In this document: piece after piece, positions 19,605 to 31,723 of the stretch
How the letters are laid out: every line of letters starts with the position of its first letter
Position numbering within the stretch: the stretch's first letter is position 1
Source: Candidatus Saccharimonadota bacterium
GTDB taxonomy: Bacteria > Pseudomonadota > Gammaproteobacteria > Enterobacterales > Enterobacteriaceae
NCBI RefSeq assembly: GCF_000090965.1
Contig: NC_008513.1
Location: 300,001 to 332,000 of the forward strand
Direction: 5' to 3'
DNA: 32,000 bases
The notes under the pieces: generated by a model
The model's database searches: none
Seen by the model: only the letters and a program-made list of their open reading frames with translations
Told to the model about the DNA's origin: nothing
Translations under genes and position numbers: made by a program

Positions 19605-22600
19605 ATGCAATATATACCTTTAAACACAAAAGAAATACCTCATTTTGGTATTACTTTAATTGAAGCATCAGCAGGAACTGGAAAAACCTTTTCAATAATT
19701 ATTTTTTATTTACGTTTAATTTTAAACATTGGTATAAAAAAATCATATTCTTCTCCTATACCAATAAAAAAAATATTAATTGTTACATTTACAGAAACCG
19801 CAAAAAATGAATTAAAAGAACGATTATATAAAAAAATTTGTCAATTATATTACATGAGTATTAATAAAAATTATTATGTTAAAGATCTAAAAGATTTTAA
19901 AAAAGAAATAAAAGATTTTAAAAAAATTTCAAAATTACTTAAAAAAGCTAAAAAAAACATAGATCAAATTAATATATATACTATACATAGTTTTTTTCGA
20001 AAAATTTTAATAGAACAAAAATTTTTATGTAAAAAAAAAATATATCAAAATATTATTACAAATATAAAAAAAATACAATTTGAAGCAACTAAAGATTTCT
20101 GGAGAAAGTATGTTTATTATCAAAATATAGAAATTATTAAATTAATCTTTAAAAAATGGAAAAATCCTTTAGAACTATTTAAACATATATATATATGGAT
20201 TAGTCAAATAAAAATAAAAATAAAACACGATTTTAAAAAAAAAAGTTCATTAATAAAAAAATATAATTTAATTATTAAGTTAATTAATAAAGCTAAAAAA
20301 ACATGGAAAATAGATAAAAAAAAAATAAAATTTTTGATAAAAAAAATATATTTAAATAAAAAAAAAAATAATAAAAAAAAAATAAAAATATGGTGTAAAA
20401 AAATACAAATTTGGTCAGAAAAAAAAACTATAAAATATTCAGTACCAAAAATATTAAAACATTTTATTTTAAAAAAAATCAAAAAAAAAAAAGAATATCT
20501 ATTTTTTTTATATATTAAAAAAATTTTTTTTTATTATAAATTATTTTTTAAATATTTTATTTATCTAGCATTAAAAAAAATACCTAAATTAATAAAAAAG
20601 AAAAAAAAAATGAAAAAAGGATTAGAATTTAATGATTTAAATACAATTATGTGGAAAGAAATAAAAAAAAAAAAAATCAATTATAAAAAAAACATTCTAA
20701 AAAAATATACAATTTCAATGATTGATGAATGTCAAGATATTGATAATTATCAATTTAATATTTTTTATAAAATATATAAAAAAAAAAAAAAAAAATCATT
20801 AATACTTATTGGTGATCCTAAACAATCTATATATAGTTTTAGAAATTCAAATATATTTTTATATTTAAAATATAAAAAAAAAATACAAAAATGTTTTTTT
20901 TTAAAAAAAAATTTTCGTTCATCAATTAATATGACTAAAAGTATTAATACACTTTTTTCAAAAACAAAAAATCCATTTATTTTTAAAAAAATTAATTTTC
21001 AACCATCATTAGCAAACAAAAAAAATAATAAAAATAAACTTGTTATTAACAATATTACACAACCAGCTTTAAAATTTATTTTTAAAAATAAAAAAACAAT
21101 AAATAAAAATGAATATTTTACTTGGATTTCTAAAATGTGTGCATATTCTATTAATAATTTGTTATCTAATAAATCTACTAAAAAATCTTTTATTATTTTT
21201 AAAAACAAAAAAAAACGTAGTATTAAAAATACAGATATAGCTATTTTAGTAAAAAATAAATATGAAGCTAATATTATTAAAAAAGAATTTAAAAAATATG
21301 GAATTAAAACAATTTATACATCAGAAAAAAAAAATATTTTTCAAACAAAAGAAGCTAAAGAAATTTTATTTATTATTGAATCACTTTCTGATTTATCTAA
21401 TATATTAAAATTACAAAAATTACTTATGACTAAAATATTTAGTAAAAATATATATGATATTTATTCAATTAATAATAAAAAAAAAACATATTCTTCTTTA
21501 ATAAAAAAACTAAAAAAATATTATCTAATCTGGAAAAAAAAAAATATATTTTTTATGTTTAAAAAAATAATATTCGATTTCTGTTTTCAAAAAAAAAACA
21601 TAAAATTAAAAATTAATAATATTAATATATATAATATCATTCAATTATGTGAAATTTTAGAAGAAAAAAACAAAAGTATTAAAAATAAATTTTTATTAAC
21701 AATTTGGCTTAGAAAAAAAATTCTAAAAAAAAATATTGAAAAAAATAAATCAAAAAATTTAATTCAAAACAAAAATATAAATGATAAAAAATTTATTAAA
21801 ATAATTACTATTTATAAATCTAAAGGACTAGAGTATCCTATAATTTGGATTCCATTTTTTAGTAGTTTTCAAAAAAAAAAAAATCAAATTATCTATTGTA
21901 AAAAAACACTAAAAAAAATAGTAAATTTAAAAAATGAAAAAAAAAATATAATATCTTTAGAAAAAGAAAGATTATCTGAAGATATACGTTTATTATATGT
22001 TGCTATTACTAGAAGTATAATACACTGTTGTATTGGATTAGCAGTAATTAAAAACAAAAAAAATGAAAAATATACAAATTTTCATAAAAATTGCTTAGGA
22101 TATTTAATACAAAAAGGAAAAAAAAAAAAATTTAAAAATTTCAAAAAAAATTTATATGATTTACAAATACCTGGATTAATTGAAATAAAAAAATCAAATA
22201 AAGTAAAAAAAAAATTTTTTAAAAAAAAAAAAAGAAAAAAAAAAAACATATTTTTTTTTAATAAAAAAATCAAACAATATTCCTGGACAAATACTAGTTT
22301 TTCTAAAATTATAAAATATAATCAATTAAAAAAAAATATAATTAATATAAAAAAAGAAAATTTTATAAATAAAATTAATTATAATAAAAAAACTTCTCAG
22401 ATTAATCTCCACTCTTTTCCATTAGGAAAAGAATTTGGAATCTATTTACATGATGTTTTTAAAAAAATAAAATTTTTCAAAACAAAAAAAACAAAAAAAA
22501 TATTAAAAAAAACAAATTTTTTATCATTTTCAAATATATTAATAAAAAAATTATATTTATGGATAAATATTTTCTTAAAATTTCCATTAAATAATGAAAA

Positions 22601-23097
22601 CCTTTCTTTAGAAAAAATAAGAAAAAAAGAACATCAAAAAGAAACAAAATTTATTATACCAATAAAAAAAAAAATAAATATTAAAAAATTTAATTTAATA
22701 ATTAAAAAATTTGATCCTATATCAAAAAAATGTAGTAATATTTTTTATAAAAATTTTTTTGGAATATTAAATGGAAGCATAGATTTAATATTTTTATGGA
22801 AAAAAAAATACTATATCATAGAATACAAATCTAATTGGTTAGGACCAGATAGTAGTTATTATAATTCAAAAAATATAAAAAAAGAAATAATTAAATATCG
22901 TTATGATATACAATACCAAATTTATAGCTTAGTATTACATTGTTATTTAAAAAAAAAACTAAAAAATTATAATTATAATACCCATTTTGGCGGAATTTTT
23001 TATTTATTTCTTAGAGCATTTGATAATAAAAATAACACTGGAACATATTTTATTAAACCTTCATATTTATTAATTAAAAATTTAGAAAATCTTATAT

Positions 23098-23108
<11 letters not shown>
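19605..23108 (+). CDS. recB: Exodeoxyribonuclease V beta subunit RecB (helicase-nuclease)
   Basis: 1167 aa. SF1 helicase motifs are present: EASAGTGKTF (Walker A), MIDECQDID, LIGDPKQSIYSFR, TIYKSKGLEYPIIWIPF, LLYVAITRS. The C-terminal nuclease blocks GSIDLIFLWKKKYYIIEYKSNWLG and YDIQYQIYSLVLHCYL are also present. Confidence 0.93.
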
Positions 23109-24891
<1,783 letters not shown>

Positions 24892-24899
24892 TAAAATTA

Positions 24900-24976
<77 letters not shown>

Positions 24977-25170
24977 ATCAATTTAATTAATTATAACATA
25001 ATATTTAAAATAAACAATATTTTTATAAAAATAAAAATATAGAATACAAAAGAACAATAAATTTAATTTATATAGAATATAAAATAAAATTTGTTTATAC
25101 TATTAAAATAAATCATAATATATATATTATAAAAAATATTTTATATATAAAATAGAAAGGTATTTCTACC

Positions 25171-25599
25171 ATGAAATCAAAAAGAAGAAAAGCTAGAGAG
25201 TTAGCAATACAAGTGTTATACTCTTGGCAAATATCAAAAAAAATTGTACTATTTGAAACTGAAAAATATGTTATAGAACAAAACAAAAAATATTCTTTAG
25301 ATAAAATTTATTTTCATAAAATAGTTACTGGAGTCATAAAAAATATATTTTATATCGATAAAATAATTAAAAAAAATATATCAAAAAAAAAAAATAGATT
25401 AGATTATATAGAACAAGCAATACTTCGATTGGCATCCTATGAAATTATTAAAAGATTAGATATTCCATATAAAGTAATTATTAATGAAGGAATAGAATTA
25501 GCTAAAATATATGGATCAAATAAAAGTCATAAATTTATAAATAGTATATTAGATAAAATAATTACTAATAAAAATAATATCAAAATAAAAAATTTTTAA
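25171..25599 (+). CDS. nusB: Transcription antitermination factor NusB
   Basis: 142 aa. RRKARELAIQVLYSWQIS matches the NusB N-terminus (RRRARECAVQALYSWQLS). The block LRLASYEI...PYKVIINEGIELAK...HKFINSILDK is also conserved. Confidence 0.92.
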   Translation: MKSKRRKARELAIQVLYSWQISKKIVLFETEKYVIEQNKKYSLDKIYFHKIVTGVIKNIFYIDKIIKKNISKKKNRLDYIEQAILRLASYEIIKRLDIPYKVIINEGIELAKIYGSNKSHKFINSILDKIITNKNNIKIKNF

Positions 25600-25644
25600 A
25601 AAATATCAAAAAATTTTTAACAATATGTATTTCTTATAATAAAA

Positions 25645-25924
25645 ATGAACATAATTAAAAAAAAAAAATGGAACATAAAAATTGCAGAAAAATTGCAAAA
25701 CAACTAAACGTTAATATGAGTAAAAAACATTGGATAATAATTTTTCTTATGAGAGATTTTTATAATAAATATAATTTAACACCAAAAACAAGAATGTTTT
25801 TACAGTATTTAAAAAAAAAAAAATATTTTTGACTAGTCAAGATTTATTTATCCTATTTCCAAAAGGATTTATTAAATATGCTAGTCAAATATCAGGATTA
25901 CCAATTAATAATAATTGTTTTTAA
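25645..25924 (+). pseudogene. tusE: Sulfur-relay protein TusE (DsrC family, YccK) split over three reading frames; pseudogene or slippage-dependent gene
   Basis: This gene is not in the ORF track. Frame 1 (25645-25692) gives MNIIKKKKWNIKIAEK. Frame 0 gives IAKQLNVNMSKKHWIIIFLMRDFYNKYNLTPKTRMFLQYLKKKK and stops at TGA 25830. Frame 2 from 25823 gives IFLTSQDLFILFPKGFIKYASQISGLPINNNCF and stops at TAA 25922-25924. Joined, they align to E. coli TusE (W..22 residues..HW, RDFY, LFPKG, GLP...C-x-end), including the penultimate catalytic Cys. Confidence 0.75.
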
Positions 25925-25933
25925 AAAAAATTT

Positions 25934-26854
25934 TTAAAAATTATTTAAACTCATTAAAAAACTTATCATAAAAATAATAAATATAGAAAAGAAAAACATA
26001 ATTCGAGACCAAATTTTAATTGTAAAATATCTAGAATTACTTAAAAAAGAAAAAATAAACCATAGAAAGATAAAAAAACTAGTATACAAAAAATAAAAAA
26101 ACTTTACATAACCAAAAAAATATAATAAAAAATTAAAAAAAAATAAATTCAAAATACATATTGAAATAAAAATTATTGTTTTTAATTTTCCATATAAAAT
26201 CGGAAATACTGGAAGATTTAATAATTTATAATCTGAATATCTATATATTATTATAGAATAAGAATGTGCAATTTGCCAAAAAGAAAACATAAAAAACAAA
26301 ATTGTACAACATCTATTTAAACAATTATTAACAGCAACATACCCTATAATAGGTGGTAAAGATCCAGAAACACTACCTACAAAAGTTGAAAAATATGTTT
26401 TTCTTTTAAATAAATAAGAATATAAATAAACATAAAAAAAAAATCCAAAAAAAGAAATTATTGTACATAAAAAATTTATATATATATAAAAAACTAACAA
26501 GCCTAAAATTAATAATATAATAGAAAAAAAAAATAATATTTTTAATAAAAAAACATTAGTATTTATACATAAAAATCTATTTTTAGTTCTATTCATTTTT
26601 TTATCTATATCTCTATCAATAATATTATTTAATATACAAGATGATGAAATAATAAGTATTAAACCAAAAACTGTTTTTAAAAAAAAAATTTTTGATAACT
26701 TTTCATTTAAAGCTAAAAAAAATCCTCCAGATAAACAAATAATATTTCCTAAAATAATCCCGGGTTTTATCAATTCAATAATATTAAATATTTTATTATT
26801 TTTAAAAAAAACAAAAAAAATTGATATTAATGATTTAAATTGTCGAAAATCCAT
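25934..26854 (-). CDS. cyoE: Protoheme IX farnesyltransferase (heme O synthase)
   Basis: 306 aa. Motifs include IKPGIILGN, NNIIDRDIDKKMNRTKNR (UbiA-type Asp-rich motif) and GSVSGSLPPIIGYVAV. It is the last gene of the cyo operon. The only ATG gives a 28-nt overlap with cyoD. Confidence 0.9.
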   Translation of the reverse strand: MDFRQFKSLISIFFVFFKNNKIFNIIELIKPGIILGNIICLSGGFFLALNEKLSKIFFLKTVFGLILIISSSCILNNIIDRDIDKKMNRTKNRFLCINTNVFLLKILFFFSIILLILGLLVFYIYINFLCTIISFFGFFFYVYLYSYLFKRKTYFSTFVGSVSGSLPPIIGYVAVNNCLNRCCTILFFMFSFWQIAHSYSIIIYRYSDYKLLNLPVFPILYGKLKTIIFISICILNLFFFNFLLYFFGYVKFFYFLYTSFFIFLWFIFSFLSNSRYFTIKIWSRIMFFFSIFIIFMISFLMSLNNF

Positions 26855-27150
26855 AAAGATCCTATACTAATAATACAGATAATAATGATAGTAAATATTA
26901 ATGATAATATAATTAAAAAATTTTTTTGAGAAATATTAATTTCAAAAAAATATTTAAAATATAAAAGTAATTGTATAATAATTAAATTATAGAATAAATA
27001 TTTGTTTTTTTGAAAAAAATAATAATCTTTATATAATAAAAAAAAATAAAAAAAAACAAAAAACAATGAAATAAAAAAACCAATAAAAAATTTTTTCTTT
27101 AAAAAAATAAAAATAATATCTTTAAAAGTATATTTTTTTTTTACTAACAT
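26827..27150 (-). CDS. cyoD: Cytochrome bo3 ubiquinol oxidase subunit IV
   Basis: 107 aa and hydrophobic. The C-terminal IFTIIIICIISIGSLWIFDNLN matches E. coli CyoD [22 protein letters not shown]. It lies between cyoC and cyoE. Confidence 0.8.
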   Translation of the reverse strand: MLVKKKYTFKDIIFIFLKKKFFIGFFISLFFVFFYFFLLYKDYYFFQKNKYLFYNLIIIQLLLYFKYFFEINISQKNFLIILSLIFTIIIICIISIGSLWIFDNLNH

Positions 27151-27187
27151 ATATTAATACCCCAAATAAATTATAATATTTATTATT

Positions 27188-27772
27188 TTAATTAAAATAA
27201 ACACAAAAAATAAGAATAATCCAAATTATATCTAAAAAATGCCAAAACAAACAACAACATATCAATGATATGTATAAAAAATTAGAGAATTTTAAAAAAA
27301 AAAATTGAAAAATTGATATTATTATCCATAATAATCCAAAAATAACATGTAATCCATGTATACATAATAAAACATAAAAAGAAGAAAAATATCCATTTGT
27401 ATTAGGAAAAAATCCTTTTTCAATAATATTCAAGAATTCAAAAAACTCTAAACTTATAAAAGTAGATCCTAAAATTAATGTTATAAATAAAAAAAATAAT
27501 ATACATTTCTTATAAGATTTTTTTAAAAAATATTTTATTAAACTAAAAGATAAAGAACAAAATAATAAAATTAAAGTTTCTAAAAAAAGGACGAACTTTG
27601 AAAATAATTTATTTTCTCTTAAAAAACCATTATATCCATGTCGTGACATTATTATATGCACAATGAATAATACAGAAAAAATAATACAATCACTCATTAA
27701 ATAAATCCAAAAACCTAAAATACTATTATTTTTTAGTGAAGAATATGAAACATAATCTTTTTTATTATTCAT
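27188..27772 (-). CDS. cyoC: Cytochrome bo3 ubiquinol oxidase subunit III
   Basis: 194 aa. It is a polytopic membrane protein with the subunit III-like blocks GFWIYLMSDCIIFS, HGLHVIFG and WHFLDIIWI. It sits in the expected operon position. Confidence 0.88.
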   Translation of the reverse strand: MNNKKDYVSYSSLKNNSILGFWIYLMSDCIIFSVLFIVHIIMSRHGYNGFLRENKLFSKFVLFLETLILLFCSLSFSLIKYFLKKSYKKCILFFLFITLILGSTFISLEFFEFLNIIEKGFFPNTNGYFSSFYVLLCIHGLHVIFGLLWIIISIFQFFFLKFSNFLYISLICCCLFWHFLDIIWIILIFCVYFN

Positions 27773-27819
27773 ATTAATTCCTTATATAAAAATATTACTT
27801 AATAAATGAAATTTAAAAA

Positions 27820-29802
27820 TTATTTTTTTAATAAATGTTTGTTTTCAATATCTTTTATTTTTTTTATTGAAATAAAATATCCTTTATCAAATGTAAAAAA
27901 TTTTTTTAATAAAATAAAAAAAATGCCAAACAATGAAACCCATACTAACCACCAGATATGCCAAACAATAGAAAAACCAAAAAAAGTAGAACAACAACCA
28001 ATTGCAATACCAAAATAAGAATTACTTGGCATATGAATTTTTGTAAAAATATTATTTTTTATATTACCCTTATTATTTACTTTATCAAACCAAAAATTAT
28101 CTATAGTTTTTATTTGTGGTATAATTGCAAAATTATATATTGGTGGAGGAGAAGGAATAGACCATTCTAATGTTCTTCCATTCCAAGGATCACCAGTATT
28201 ATCTTTATATTCTAATGTATTACGATTTTTAATTGAAACAATTATTTGTATAATTTGAAATAAAATACCTAAAAAAATAAAAAACACACCAATAGCAGAA
28301 ATAGTCAATAACCCATGATATTCACAGTCAATATTTTGACTTAATCTACGTGTCATTCCCATACAACCAAGTATATATAGTGGCATAAACGCTGTAAAAA
28401 AACCTGTTATCCAAAAAACAAAAGCACATTTTCCCCAATATTCATTTAATTTAAATCCAAAAATTTTTGGAAACCAATAAGTAATTCCAGCAAAACAACC
28501 AAAAACAACACCACCTATGATAACATTATGAAAATGTGCAACTAAAAATAAACTATTATGAAGTACAAAATCAATAGGAGGTATTGATAATAATACTCCA
28601 GCCATTCCTCCAATTGTAAAACTAATTAGAAACCCAATAGTCCATAACATAGAAGAATGGAATCTAATACGTCCACGAAACATAGTAAACAACCAATTAA
28701 AAATCTTTACTCCAGTAGGAATAGCTATAATCATTGTAGTAATGCTAAAAAAAGAATTAACATTAGCCCCTGAACCCATTGTAAAAAAATGATGTAACCA
28801 TACAATGAATGATAAAACAGTAATAACAATTGTTGCCCAAATTAAAGAAATATATCCAAATAATGATTTTTCTGAAAATGTTGAAACAACTTCAGAAAAA
28901 ATACCAAATATAGGTAGAATCAATATGTAAACTTCTGGATGTCCCCATATCCAAATCAAATTAACATATAACATCATATTTCCACCCAAATCATTTGTAA
29001 AAAAATGAAAACCAGCATATCTATCTAATGATAAAAATAATAATGTAATAAATAAAACTGGAAAAGAAATTAAAATAAGAATATTAGTACATAAAGAAGT
29101 CCAAGTAAAAACAGGTAATTTAAACATTGACATACCAGGAGCACGAAGATTAATAATTGTTACTATAAAATTTATAGATGTTAATATTGTTCCAATACCA
29201 GAGATTTGTAAAACCCAAATCCAATAATCAACTCCTACACCCGGACTGTATATAATTCCAGATAATGGAGGATATCCTAACCAACCAGTTTTAGCAAATT
29301 CTCCTACTCCTAAAGAAATCATTAATAATACTGATGAACTAGCAGTTAGCCAAAAACTTATATTATTAAGAACAGGAAAAGCGAGATCTCTAGCTCCAAT
29401 TTGTAAAGGAATTACTAAATTCATTAAACCTATTACTAATGGCATTGCAACAAAAAAAATCATAATTACTCCATGAGCTGTAAACACTTGATCATAATGA
29501 TCAGATGAAAAAATACTAGTATGCTCTGGTAATGATGAAAAAAATTGTTGTAATCTCATAATTATTGCATCTGAAAAACCTCTAAGAAACATAACAAAAG
29601 ATAAAATAAAATACATAACAGAAATTTTTTTATGATCAACAGAAGTAAACCATTCATTCCATAAATATTTCCATTTTTTCACATATGTAATATATACACA
29701 TACTAATAATGAAAAAAGAAAAATTAAAAAACAAGTTCCTATAATAATTGGTTCATGATATGGTATTGAATTAATTGTTAATTTTCCAAACATTAGAAAC
29801 AA
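27820..29802 (-). CDS. cyoB: Cytochrome bo3 ubiquinol oxidase subunit I
   Basis: 660 aa. Heme-copper oxidase signatures are present: [39 protein letters not shown], and [17 protein letters not shown]. Confidence 0.96.
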   Translation of the reverse strand: MFLMFGKLTINSIPYHEPIIIGTCFLIFLFSLLVCVYITYVKKWKYLWNEWFTSVDHKKISVMYFILSFVMFLRGFSDAIIMRLQQFFSSLPEHTSIFSSDHYDQVFTAHGVIMIFFVAMPLVIGLMNLVIPLQIGARDLAFPVLNNISFWLTASSSVLLMISLGVGEFAKTGWLGYPPLSGIIYSPGVGVDYWIWVLQISGIGTILTSINFIVTIINLRAPGMSMFKLPVFTWTSLCTNILILISFPVLFITLLFLSLDRYAGFHFFTNDLGGNMMLYVNLIWIWGHPEVYILILPIFGIFSEVVSTFSEKSLFGYISLIWATIVITVLSFIVWLHHFFTMGSGANVNSFFSITTMIIAIPTGVKIFNWLFTMFRGRIRFHSSMLWTIGFLISFTIGGMAGVLLSIPPIDFVLHNSLFLVAHFHNVIIGGVVFGCFAGITYWFPKIFGFKLNEYWGKCAFVFWITGFFTAFMPLYILGCMGMTRRLSQNIDCEYHGLLTISAIGVFFIFLGILFQIIQIIVSIKNRNTLEYKDNTGDPWNGRTLEWSIPSPPPIYNFAIIPQIKTIDNFWFDKVNNKGNIKNNIFTKIHMPSNSYFGIAIGCCSTFFGFSIVWHIWWLVWVSLFGIFFILLKKFFTFDKGYFISIKKIKDIENKHLLKK

Positions 29803-29850
29803 TCCTTATAATAAAAAAGTATAAATATTATTTTTAGAAAAAACATTTAA

Positions 29851-30729
29851 TTATGTATTATGACAAGAATTAAATATTTTAATTATTTTATAAAACAATA
29901 ATGGATCAGTATATGAAAAATATTCATTTTTATATTTTTTACTATTTTTTGATAAATTTAAAAATTGTTTTTTAAAAGATAAAAACTTTTTTTTTGATTT
30001 AACTTTTTTAATCCATTTATTAAAATGAAATAAATCATTTTGAACATAAACTTTAAATTTCATATTAGAAAAACCATTACCACTATAATTTGAAGAAATA
30101 CCTTTATAAATTCCGTTACTTAAAGCTATTAAATTTAATTCTGTTTTCATTCCAGCCATAGTATATATTTGACTACCTAAATTAGGAATAAAAAAAGAAT
30201 TCATAACAGAATTAGAAGTAATCTTAAAATTCACTGGAACATTTTTAGGAAAAGATATTTCATTAATTGTTGCAATTTTATAATAAGGATAAATAAATAA
30301 CCAACGCCAATTTAAAGAAACTACTTCAATTGTAATAGGTTTATTAATATTTACTTTTAATTTTTTACTAGGTTCTAAACTATGTGTAGTATTCCATGAT
30401 AAAAATGCTAAAAAAGAAATTATAAAAATTGGAATTAACCAACATATAATTTCTAAAAAATATGAATGTTTCCAATTTGGAGTATATTTTTCAGATGTAT
30501 TTGAATGTCTATAATAATAGACAATAAAAAAAACTAACATTAAAACAGGAAAAACAATAATAAACATAATTTTAAAAACTAATAGCATTAATTCAAATTC
30601 TAATTTTGAAATATAACCTGAAACATTTACACATATTTTTTTACTCATATATATCATAAAAAAAAATATTATAGAAACAAAAAAAATCATTAATAATTTA
30701 AAAATATTATATTTACTAAATTTTTTCAT
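29851..30729 (-). CDS. cyoA: Cytochrome bo3 ubiquinol oxidase subunit II
   Basis: 292 aa with two N-terminal TM helices followed by a cupredoxin-like domain (VVSLNWRWLFIYP, SNSVMNSFFIPNLGSQIYTMAGM, NYSGNGFSNMKF). It is the first gene of the operon. Confidence 0.9.
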   Translation of the reverse strand: MKKFSKYNIFKLLMIFFVSIIFFFMIYMSKKICVNVSGYISKLEFELMLLVFKIMFIIVFPVLMLVFFIVYYYRHSNTSEKYTPNWKHSYFLEIICWLIPIFIISFLAFLSWNTTHSLEPSKKLKVNINKPITIEVVSLNWRWLFIYPYYKIATINEISFPKNVPVNFKITSNSVMNSFFIPNLGSQIYTMAGMKTELNLIALSNGIYKGISSNYSGNGFSNMKFKVYVQNDLFHFNKWIKKVKSKKKFLSFKKQFLNLSKNSKKYKNEYFSYTDPLLFYKIIKIFNSCHNT

Positions 30730-31216
30730 AGTTTTTAAACCTATATAACATAATATATTTGTTTTTTCTTAATAAAAAATACTTTAAAATATAAAAAACA
30801 TTTTTTATATAAAATAATTATTTGTAATAATAAAATTTATTAATCTATTAAAATTAAATATAATAAAATGTTTAACAATTCTAAATTGACAGTAACGATA
30901 ATTATACTGTATATTAAAAATAATAATGTATTTATATATATAAAAATTTTAAAAATTAATTTTATAACACAATTCATAATAAATAATAAATAATAAATAA
31001 TAACATTATTACATAGCGAATTATTTTTTCAAAATAAAATATTAAATTTATAATAATAAATATTATTTATAATATTTTTAAAAATTTTATTAAAAATTTA
31101 AAATTCAAAATAATATCAAAATATAAATAAAAATATTTATCATAATTATAAATATTATGATCTTAATAATTATTAATTCAATAATAAAATAAAAAATTAT
31201 AATTAAATCTACTATA

Positions 31217-31516
31217 ATGAAAAAAAAAATTAAAAAAAAAATTAAATCTATATTTGATATATTTTATCTAAAAATTTCTAAAGTTACTCATTTTAATAAA
31301 AATTATAGAAAAAATTCAAAACATTATATGATAATAATATCTGCATATGAATTTAATAAATTATCTTTATTAGAGCAACATAAAAAAATTTATAAAATTT
31401 TCTTTAAATATATTCCAAAAAAAATTTATTCTATACAAATACAAACATTTACAGTATTTCAATGGAAAGAAAAGAAAAAAAAAATATTTTTACCAGTATC
31501 TTGTATAAATTCTTAA
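31217..31516 (+). CDS. bolA: BolA family transcriptional regulator / Fe-S assembly factor
   Basis: 99 aa. HYMIIISAYEFNKLSLLEQHKKIYKIF...IYSIQIQTFTVFQWKE aligns to E. coli BolA [27 protein letters not shown]...VHALALHTYTIKEWE. Confidence 0.8.
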   Translation: MKKKIKKKIKSIFDIFYLKISKVTHFNKNYRKNSKHYMIIISAYEFNKLSLLEQHKKIYKIFFKYIPKKIYSIQIQTFTVFQWKEKKKKIFLPVSCINS

Positions 31517-31723
31517 AAATAAAATTTTTAAATGAATGAATATATATTTGTATTTAAAAATAAAATCAAAATAAAAATATTTATTTCTAAAATATTTTTT
31601 ATAAAAATATATATGAAAATATTTAAAAATATTTAAAATATATAAAATTTTATATAAAAAGTAATATAAATAAAAAAAATTTATATTAATTTAATATAAA
31701 CATTTTTTAAAGAGAAATTAAAT

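Noticed and set aside
27806-28170. Two 70-aa plus-strand ORFs lie opposite cyoC/cyoB.
   Set aside because: They overlap the highly conserved cyoB C-terminal coding region. No recognisable domain is present. They are best explained as chance open frames.
31517-31723. I looked for a heat-shock (sigma-32) promoter or a tig remnant upstream of clpP.
   Set aside because: There is no CTTGAAA or CCCCATNT-like element, and no translated similarity to trigger factor in any frame that I could recognise. The spacer is featureless A/T.
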